Source: Methanosphaera stadtmanae DSM 3091
GTDB lineage: Archaea; Methanobacteriota; Methanobacteria; Methanobacteriales; Methanobacteriaceae
Length of the DNA stretch: 32,000 nucleotides
Direction: 5' to 3'
NCBI RefSeq assembly: GCF_000012545.1
Contig: NC_007681.1
Coordinates: 1,680,001 to 1,712,000 of the forward strand
The notes beneath the pieces are model-generated. The model was not told where the DNA came from. It ran no database searches and saw nothing but the letters and a program-made list of their open reading frames with translations. The first letter of the stretch is position 1. Every line of letters begins with the position of its first letter. Below are positions 25,328 to 32,000 of this stretch, piece after piece. Position numbers and translations under genes: made by a program.

Positions 25328-26119
25328 TTAACCAATATAACGTAGATCTTCACCAGGTTGATTTACACCATGTTCCACCATATTTTGGTTAAATTTTGGA
25401 TTAAGAGCTAATCTTTCATTTGTAACTTTTATTTGCTCATCTAATTCTTCAAAGTCTAATTCAAATCCAAATAATTTAAATAATACAAACAATACTTCCT
25501 TTGCTGAGCTAGGATCTACATAAAATCCAGGTGTTTCTCCCATTAGACATGCAGCATCAATACCTTTTTGTTGTGCATAATATAATAATAATCCAGAAGC
25601 TCCAACTATTGCTCCACCTTCATCTTTTCTAACTTCAGTATTGTCGATTTCAAGTATTTCATCGATTAAATCCTTATTATTTCCAGCAACAAATACTTTA
25701 CTTCTTTCACTTAATTCACCAGTACCTAATCCACCAATTGTAAAGATTTTTTCTGAACCAAGATCTTCAAAATAATTCATTAATACTTTAGAAATCATTA
25801 TTTGTCCTTCAAAATCAGATCCTTGAGTATTTCCCGTTAATAATACTATATCCTGATTATTTTCTCCAAAATCTTTAATATAAAAGAATTCCATTTTCAT
25901 ATGTTCAATAAGTCCATCCTCTTTCATTGTAACTTGTGGAGGGAAATAATCTGATTGAAGTTCTGCAAATTTTTCACCATTTAAATGTTTAACTATTTGG
26001 TCTACAACGATTTTTCCTACAAAACCAATTCCTGGTAATCCTTCAATAACTATTGGATTATTTAAGTTTACTTCCCCTATTTCTGTTATTTTTGTCTCAT
26101 TTTCCATGTTATTCCCCAT
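25328..26119 (-). CDS. PAC2-family proteasome assembly chaperone (PbaA/PbaB-like)
   Basis: 263 aa. IEGLPGIGFVGKI N-terminal motif and a GETPG segment. It occupies the conserved position next to nop10. Confidence 0.75.
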   Translation of the reverse strand: MGNNMENETKITEIGEVNLNNPIVIEGLPGIGFVGKIVVDQIVKHLNGEKFAELQSDYFPPQVTMKEDGLIEHMKMEFFYIKDFGENNQDIVLLTGNTQGSDFEGQIMISKVLMNYFEDLGSEKIFTIGGLGTGELSERSKVFVAGNNKDLIDEILEIDNTEVRKDEGGAIVGASGLLLYYAQQKGIDAACLMGETPGFYVDPSSAKEVLFVLFKLFGFELDFEELDEQIKVTNERLALNPKFNQNMVEHGVNQPGEDLRYIG

Positions 26120-26149
26120 TTATTTATTTTAATAGATGATATGATGAAA

Positions 26150-26317
26150 ATTATTTTTCCATTTGTTGTCTTTTTAAAATACGTCTATATTTACCATATT
26201 TATCTTGTGGTGAATATCTTGCAGGAAATATTACTCCAGTTTTAACATTACATTCTGGACATGATTCCTCTAATGTATATTCTCCACATTCTTTGCATTT
26301 TCTCATCTGAAATTTCA
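26150..26317 (-). CDS. nop10: H/ACA RNP component Nop10
   Basis: Not in the ORF track. Minus-strand translation: MKFQMRKCKECGEYTLEESCPECNVKTGVIFPARYSPQDKYGKYRRILKRQQMEK. This shows a CxxC...CxxC zinc ribbon and the P-A-R-(F/Y)-S-P-x-D-x-Y-G-x-YRR signature. An alternative start is ATG 26305. Confidence 0.88.
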
Positions 26318-26441
26318 TATTATTATATCTTTGTTTATGAATACTTATAAATTATATAATTAATTATCAAGAGATATAATTTCTAAATTTTTACACTTGA
26401 AATACACGTCTAAAAAAGTAAATATATGAAAAATATTTTCT

Positions 26442-27422
26442 TTATTTGAATGATGCAAGAAAATCTTCAAGTTCATCATGAATCTTATCAAGTTGTGATG
26501 AACCTACATGTCCAAGATATGAATTAAAACAAACTAAAGTAGAATCTTTAATTAAAGTATGCATTGGAATAGCATCTAATTCTGGTGGAAAATATTGATC
26601 CTCATATATTCCAATAATTAAAGTTTTAGCAGTGATATTTGAAATAATATCTGTTAAATCATAATTCATAGATGCATTGTTTCTATAATAAGCATCAAGA
26701 ACATCTTCTTGTGAATCTTCCATTGCAAATTCATCCATATACTTATCAATATCAGATGTGGACTGATCCATATAGAATTGACGAGATAATCCAAAGGAAT
26801 ACATTGCCTTGCTAGATAATTCAAGAGCTCTTTTAAGATCTCCTGTTACTTTTTTATTGTTGAAATCCTTATCAGATGTTATAATATCGTTCATAACCTT
26901 GCTTAAAACGTAATTTTGGCCACCAACTTTATAACTACTTACTAAAGATATTAAAAAAGAAATATCATCAGGATATACTGCAGCCCATGTTACTGCTTCA
27001 AATCCCCCCATTGAATTACCTATAAGTCCTAATGGTGAAACAATATTTAAACATTCATCTAAAAACTTTTTATTAAAATTAACCATGTCTAATATAGTGT
27101 ATTCAGGATAATCTGAATTTAATTTAGAAGTACTTGGACTACTACTACCTGGTGTTCCAAGTGTTGATAAAGATACAAAGAAAAACTTATTTGTATCAAA
27201 GGGTAAATTTTCACCCAATGCCACACCTATTCTTTTTATTGATCCATAATTTCCACTTGTACCATGGAAATATATTATAGCATTTGTTATATGTCCTTCA
27301 TCATCATACTGTGGTGTACCCATAGTCATGTATTCAACAGTCTGATTTTCAAGTACTTTACCATTATTAAATTTAAATTCCTTTAAAGTATAATATTCAG
27401 GCGATATTGATTCTATATTCAT
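26442..27422 (-). CDS. Alpha/beta-fold hydrolase (MetX/homoserine-O-acetyltransferase-like architecture with a lid insertion)
   Basis: 326 aa. HG oxyanion motif (IYFHGTSG), nucleophile elbow GNSMGG, and likely Asp (YEDQYF) and His (LGHVG). GGAG lies upstream of the ATG. Confidence 0.7.
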   Translation of the reverse strand: MNIESISPEYYTLKEFKFNNGKVLENQTVEYMTMGTPQYDDEGHITNAIIYFHGTSGNYGSIKRIGVALGENLPFDTNKFFFVSLSTLGTPGSSSPSTSKLNSDYPEYTILDMVNFNKKFLDECLNIVSPLGLIGNSMGGFEAVTWAAVYPDDISFLISLVSSYKVGGQNYVLSKVMNDIITSDKDFNNKKVTGDLKRALELSSKAMYSFGLSRQFYMDQSTSDIDKYMDEFAMEDSQEDVLDAYYRNNASMNYDLTDIISNITAKTLIIGIYEDQYFPPELDAIPMHTLIKDSTLVCFNSYLGHVGSSQLDKIHDELEDFLASFK

Positions 27423-27536
27423 AATAATCTCCTCATTTAATAAAAAAGATATTTTTCATAAAAAAAATAATAAATTTATTTTTAATTTACAAAATTTAAT
27501 AAAAAAAAATAGTATAAAAAAGAATTAATCAAAGAA

Positions 27537-28319
27537 TTAATCTTCTAATTCACGATGGAAAGAACCTTCCCCATCATTTTCTTCAACAATTCCAATACAT
27601 TTATTAGCTGCTTCACTTAATATTTTTTCAGCTGTAGGGTAATCCTCAGTTGTTACCATGATTCTGTATGTAGGTGATCCAACACATTGAACTTCAACAT
27701 TATCTGATTCAATAGATTGAAGAGCTTCAATAATTATTTCAACACCATTTGATTTATATGAGGTAAGATCCACATACCCTGTTATTTGTACTTCAGGTGT
27801 TGATATATTTTTCTTAGCAACTTCTGTAATTATTTTAGCCCATTCTGGACTAACATCCACATCTAAAAGTACGTTTTCCCCATCATCTGATGCTAATTCG
27901 AATCCTTCGTATAAATCTCCAAATTCTTCCATTATTAAATATCCTACTTCATCATAAGCTTCATCTAAAGTTTTATTAATTGATTTAGCAGATATTTCTA
28001 ATAATTTTTCAGCTTTTTGTTCTATTTTCCATTGTTGCATTCTACGTGTTCTTTGATCTTCACGTATACGTTTAAGAGATGCATCTACATGACCTTTTTT
28101 AGGATTAACTCTTAATACACGAGCTACAATTTTTTGATTTTCTCTAACATAATCTCGTATATTTTTAACCCAACCCGAAGATACTTCAGAAATATGAATA
28201 AAAGCTTCTTTACCTTCATATTCTTCTAGTTTTGCAAATGCACCATATCCTAATACTTTATGTACGGTTCCAACAATTAGATCACCTTCTTCAGGCCATT
28301 CTTTGCTCATTCTAACCAT
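27537..28319 (-). CDS. eif2a: Translation initiation factor aIF2 alpha subunit
   Basis: 260 aa. N-terminal S1 domain [47 protein letters not shown], then helical and alpha/beta domains. AGGTGAT lies upstream. Confidence 0.92.
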   Translation of the reverse strand: MVRMSKEWPEEGDLIVGTVHKVLGYGAFAKLEEYEGKEAFIHISEVSSGWVKNIRDYVRENQKIVARVLRVNPKKGHVDASLKRIREDQRTRRMQQWKIEQKAEKLLEISAKSINKTLDEAYDEVGYLIMEEFGDLYEGFELASDDGENVLLDVDVSPEWAKIITEVAKKNISTPEVQITGYVDLTSYKSNGVEIIIEALQSIESDNVEVQCVGSPTYRIMVTTEDYPTAEKILSEAANKCIGIVEENDGEGSFHRELED

Positions 28320-28353
28320 ATAATCACCTGGATAAGTAATCTATTTTTAATAT

Positions 28354-28533
28354 TTAGTGATCTAGAACTTCTACAATTTGTGCACAAATTTTAGAACGGC
28401 CACCTTTTGGTTCAACTAATGTTTTACCACAGATAACACATTTTACTGTTGATGCTGCATGATCAAATATTATTTGGTGGTTTTCACAGTCACCACATTT
28501 AACTTTTAAAAAATTACTTTGTTGTTTAGGCAT
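28354..28533 (-). CDS. rps27e: 30S ribosomal protein S27e
   Basis: Not in the ORF track. Minus-strand translation: [60 protein letters not shown]4 zinc ribbon. AAGGAGGA lies upstream. Confidence 0.9.
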   Translation of the reverse strand: MPKQQSNFLKVKCGDCENHQIIFDHAASTVKCVICGKTLVEPKGGRSKICAQIVEVLDH

Positions 28534-28640
28534 AAATAGTTCCTCCTTAAGTTAGTAATTCATCATTTTTTTTTAATAGAAAAATTTAAAAAAAGAGATA
28601 GAAAAATAAAATTCTATTACTTTATAACTTCTAAATAAAC

Positions 28641-28925
28641 CTATTGTGAAATCCATTCAACTTTTCCAACACGAATGTTTGTTGAACTTTTAATGTGAGC
28701 TTTTCCACATTCTTTACATTTGTATCTTAAATCTAATTTTTTAATAGGTTTACTTCCTGATGGTAAAGGCCTTGGGTATCCTCTGTAACCAGCAGTTACA
28801 CGCCTAAATTGACGTTGTCCCCATTTTAATTCGCTAGCTTTTCTTTTTTTTGCTGTGTGTACTTCATGTACTGTGTGTTTTTTACATTTTGGACAGTAAG
28901 TCCTTCTTTCTCGTGGTATTTTCAT
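28641..28925 (-). CDS. rpl44e: 50S ribosomal protein L44e (eL42)
   Basis: 94 aa. [22 protein letters not shown]...GYRGYPRP...CKECGKAH. Confidence 0.93.
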   Translation of the reverse strand: MKIPRERRTYCPKCKKHTVHEVHTAKKRKASELKWGQRQFRRVTAGYRGYPRPLPSGSKPIKKLDLRYKCKECGKAHIKSSTNIRVGKVEWISQ

Positions 28926-29355
28926 CCTTTTCGCCTCGTTTTCTTTTATAAAAAATAAATTATCCTTTGATTGAAATAATTTTTATTTAAAATGTTAAAG
29001 TAATGACAACAAGTCTTACTTCAAGATATCTTAATTTAGATATATAAATAACTCTTAATTACCTTCAGAGTAAAAATTCATTGAAAATTTCAATTTAATA
29101 CAATTAAAAATATTGTATTTTTCTTAGAAATATACATAATACTCCTTTAAACTATTAAAATTGATAATAGTTTTAAATCCATGTATATTATGTCTTATAA
29201 TTAAATCCTAATCGTTCTTATAAATCTTAGAACAATCAATAATTTATCTATATATTATTATGATAAACATCTATATTTATAATTATGTATAGTATATATT
29301 CTAAAAAAATGTTATTATAATCTCTTAAAAAAAAATAGTTTCATGTAATTAATAT

Positions 29356-30324
29356 TTATTTTATTATGTTAATTACATTTCTATGATTTAATATTTTTAC
29401 AATAGATTTAGGTAGTAATACCATGTCTTTATTTTCAAAAGGACCATATGTTTTCTCATTCTCATCTAGTATATCAGTACATATATCTTCTTTAAATTCC
29501 ACTAACTCTTCACTATTATATATTACAGCATCATCTACTTTATCATTTAGTATTTCATCAGGTACTACTAGATCTTCTTCTGTTTGATTAGATTTATCAT
29601 CAATATTAGGTTTAGATTGATTATTTTGTAACACCACAGTATCTTCTACTGGTGGCTTTGGTGGTGTAAATGGTGTTGTTATATCGGTTTTCTTTTGTTT
29701 TACTTCTTTTATGGGATTGTTATTTTCATCAAACAATAGTTCATCTGGTGCTTTTCCATACATCATGGCTATTTGACTTTCATCAAGTTTAGGTGCTGGT
29801 GGTTGTTTTTCAACTTCCATGATATGTTCATGATGTATTGGTCTATCTACCTTTGTAAATTCTTCTTTAATCTCTTTAGAAACTTCATTTGGCTTAAAAC
29901 CGATCTTCGTTTCACTATTTCTATGTGGAATAATTTCTTCCATTAAGTTTTCACGATGAGATATAATTGTATTTACAACATCTTTATATAATTTCTCTTC
30001 TTCTGGTGTTACATTATATGGAATAACTTCATATAATTCAGAGTTTTTATTATGTCCTTTAAATATATCATGTGCCTTTTGAACATTAGATATTGCTGAT
30101 GAAATTATTTTTGCTTCCCTTCTTTCACAGATTTCAATGGTTATTCTTTGAGCATCTCTTAATTGGTATGCTTCTAAGGATAGGGGATTATCATCAACTA
30201 CTTTTAATAGACTTTGAAGATAATTAGATGCATCATCATAAAAAGAATCATCAATTTCAGATAATGGTCCATCAGTTCTTTCTTTCTTTTGTATATCTCT
30301 TAACTTTCGAAAAAAATCATTCAA
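29356..30324 (-). CDS. gins51: GINS subunit Gins51 (Gins15/Sld5-Psf1-like) with a greatly expanded inter-domain linker; TTG start
   Basis: 322 aa. N-terminal A-domain pattern: LRDIQKKER...LSEIDDSFYDDASNYLQSLL...SLEAYQLRD...ERREAKIISSA. C-terminal B-domain pattern: VEFKEDICTDILDENEKTYGPFENKDMVLLPKSIVKILNHRNV. It lies next to PCNA. The only in-frame initiator that preserves the conserved N-terminus is TTG 30324, with GGGGAT ~10 nt upstream. Confidence 0.6.
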   Translation of the reverse strand: MNDFFRKLRDIQKKERTDGPLSEIDDSFYDDASNYLQSLLKVVDDNPLSLEAYQLRDAQRITIEICERREAKIISSAISNVQKAHDIFKGHNKNSELYEVIPYNVTPEEEKLYKDVVNTIISHRENLMEEIIPHRNSETKIGFKPNEVSKEIKEEFTKVDRPIHHEHIMEVEKQPPAPKLDESQIAMMYGKAPDELLFDENNNPIKEVKQKKTDITTPFTPPKPPVEDTVVLQNNQSKPNIDDKSNQTEEDLVVPDEILNDKVDDAVIYNSEELVEFKEDICTDILDENEKTYGPFENKDMVLLPKSIVKILNHRNVINIIK

Positions 30325-30427
30325 TTATATTATCCCCTTTTTTTAGTATTTTTTATATAATTCAACTACTATTTTTTCCTAATTTAAATTCTTTATTAAA
30401 AAAAATAAAGAGAGCATCACGTTATTA

Positions 30428-31162
30428 TTAATCTTCTTCTTCAAGTCTAGGTGCTAATAGGAATGAAAGTAATCCTTCCTCATTTAGAAGTTCTAAATAT
30501 AATGTTAAAGGCATGTCTGTACCTATTGAGAGATATGTGTTGTCTGAAAATTTTTCTGCTTTTAACATTTCCTTAATATTACTTATAGCATAAACAGCTC
30601 TTGCTTTTTCATTTATTTTTTCACCATGAAGATATTCTATTTTTGCATCAGCAAAGTCTCCAACAGCCTCTAGAGTTAATTTATCTTCATCTACTTCAAA
30701 TGATACTCTATCAGATACTATTTCAATATCTTGTATTGCTTCTTTAAGTATTGAAACTGGAATAGGTATTTTTATGTCATATGGAATATCTGGTTGGGAG
30801 GGAGTATCATATTCTAAATCTATAAGTTTTACTTTGAATGTCTTTTTAACTGCTCCTTCAAATGTTAAAATAAGATTACCAACATCTACTGTTAATTCCA
30901 TTACATCATCATTTTTTGATCTTTTAAGTACTTTCATTAATTCTTCAGTATCTAAATTTAATTTAATTGGTTTATCACATTCATAAATATCAAATAAACT
31001 TTCCTTTAATTCCAGGTGTACATATGTAATATGGCTTCTGTCAATTGCATTTAATCTAAGTCCATCAGAATCAACTTCTATTTGTACTTCATCAACTATT
31101 GATGAAATTGCATCAAAACTTGTTTTAAAAATACTTGGATCACTTAATACTAGTTTAAACAC
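30428..31162 (-). CDS. pcn: DNA polymerase sliding clamp PCNA; GTG start
   Basis: 244 aa. [52 protein letters not shown], a two-domain repeat, and an acidic C-terminus. GGAGAG lies 9 nt upstream of the GTG. Confidence 0.92.
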
Positions 31163-31350
31163 TATAAAATACTCTCCTTTATAAATTCAATTTTTTTATA
31201 TTATATATAAGATTTGAATTTAGATAATAATAAATTTATCATTTAATAATGAATTATTATAAAAATAGTACTGCAATACTTAAAAATAGAATGAATCATA
31301 TAAACAACTACTTTAATTAAAAAAAGATTTTTCATGAATCGATACCTAAC

Positions 31351-31920
31351 TTATTTTTCCTTTTTTTCATGTTTTGGTTTAGGCATTTCATCATTTGAAT
31401 CAAAATTAGCAATTTCATTAAGTCCAAGGAATGATATTATTTTATTGTAGAATGCTAATACCATAATAAGTATTCCAAGTAATATAAGTCCCATTGCAAA
31501 GGATTCATGTTCTCCATTTATTACATGATCTGATACTGTAATAACTTCAGTAAATGATTGTATTACTCCTATCAAAAATATAATTACACCCAATACACAT
31601 ATTGCAGTTTGAAGTAGTGAATTTTTGTTAAATTTAAAATTACCAGATACTGATACTTTTTTCTTAATTCTATCTGTGTTAAATTGATTTAATAATGGAA
31701 CTCCATTTTCATCAACTTTAACATCATCAATTATTTTAGTAGATTTATTTTTAGATAAAGATTTATTTGAATCGAATTTTTCATCTTCATTTTTATCTTT
31801 AACTTCAGATTTAACTTCTTTTACATCTTCAGATTTAGTATTATCTTTAACTTTAGGTTCTACTATTTCTGTACTTTCTTCATTATCATTATTAATATCA
31901 ACTTTATCAATGACTTCCAT
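31351..31920 (-). CDS. Hypothetical membrane protein (K/E/D-rich N-terminal region, two C-terminal TM helices); start uncertain
   Basis: 189 aa from ATG 31920. The same frame has no stop up to the window end (32000), so the gene may start outside the window. Confidence 0.45.
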   Translation of the reverse strand: MEVIDKVDINNDNEESTEIVEPKVKDNTKSEDVKEVKSEVKDKNEDEKFDSNKSLSKNKSTKIIDDVKVDENGVPLLNQFNTDRIKKKVSVSGNFKFNKNSLLQTAICVLGVIIFLIGVIQSFTEVITVSDHVINGEHESFAMGLILLGILIMVLAFYNKIISFLGLNEIANFDSNDEMPKPKHEKKEK

Positions 31921-32000
31921 TAGTTTAGATGCTTTATATGATGAATTTTCTTTAACAATAGCCCCTGATTTACTATCATATTCTGGAATAAATTCAGCAC

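Noticed and set aside
25331-25345. C-terminal ...LRYIG of the PAC2-family protein as a proteasome-gate-opening HbYX motif
   Set aside because: HbYX needs the Tyr at the penultimate position. Here it is antepenultimate, so I cannot claim the motif from sequence alone.
28926-29355. The 430-bp AT-rich spacer upstream of rpl44e (and the 11705-12226 spacer) as a replication origin, given nearby polB, gins51 and pcna
   Set aside because: There is no cdc6/orc1 gene in the window and no repeated ORB/mini-ORB-like elements. Only short palindromes are present (TTGAAA-A-TTTCAA, AAACTATTA/TAATAGTTT), which are expected by chance in AT-rich DNA.
29755-29775. QIAMMYG in the Gins51 linker as a PCNA-interacting (PIP) box, tempting because PCNA is the neighbouring gene
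   Set aside because: The canonical PIP is Q-x-x-[LIM]-x-x-[FY]-[FY]. Here the single aromatic residue is at position 6 and no aromatic pair is present.
30228-30986. ORFs 30228-30431 and 30774-30986 on the plus strand
   Set aside because: They are antisense to gins51 and PCNA and have no independent support.
1-32000. Searched the whole window for CRISPR repeats, transposase/integrase genes, terminal inverted repeats, toxin-antitoxin pairs, restriction-modification or other defence genes, and long direct repeats flanking the tRNA genes
   Set aside because: None was found. All large ORFs are accounted for by housekeeping families or small hypothetical proteins, so I cannot support a claim of a new mobile or defence system.

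Overview
AT-rich (roughly 70% A+T by eye) archaeal chromosome segment. Gene content points to a Methanobacteriales methanogen of the Methanosphaera/Methanobrevibacter type: fae-hps, ftr, hypF, a split family-B DNA polymerase, and an intron-containing tRNA-Trp. The window is densely packed with housekeeping genes. These are: hypF (partial), fae-hps, ogt, nnr, ftr, trkA, the PolB large fragment, hisH, a PurM-like protein, a CDP-alcohol phosphatidyltransferase, a hydrogenase maturation protease, grpE-dnaK-dnaJ, two tRNA-Arg genes, EndoQ, the PAC2 / Nop10 / aIF2-alpha / S27e / L44e cluster, Gins51 and PCNA. Four real features are missing from the supplied ORF track and were recovered by reading the minus strand: hypF (1-1258), nop10 (26150-26317), rps27e (28354-28533), and the N-terminus of hisH, which has no canonical start codon. 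I saw no CRISPR array, transposase, integrase, toxin-antitoxin pair or defence island, so I cannot support a new multi-gene system here. The strongest candidate for undescribed biology is regulatory. A Phr/HSR1-like winged-helix regulator is transcribed divergently from the bacterial-type grpE-dnaK-dnaJ operon. The 286-bp spacer between them holds four same-orientation copies of a TTTAGTAAC-N5-GTnATA box. Secondary points are: a box C/D guide inside the tRNA-Trp intron with one orphan guide, a Gins51 with a ~135-aa linker expansion, an alpha/beta hydrolase inserted into a conserved translation-gene cluster, and a perfect palindrome plus T9 just upstream of dnaJ. All functional calls rest on motif recognition by eye and need database confirmation.
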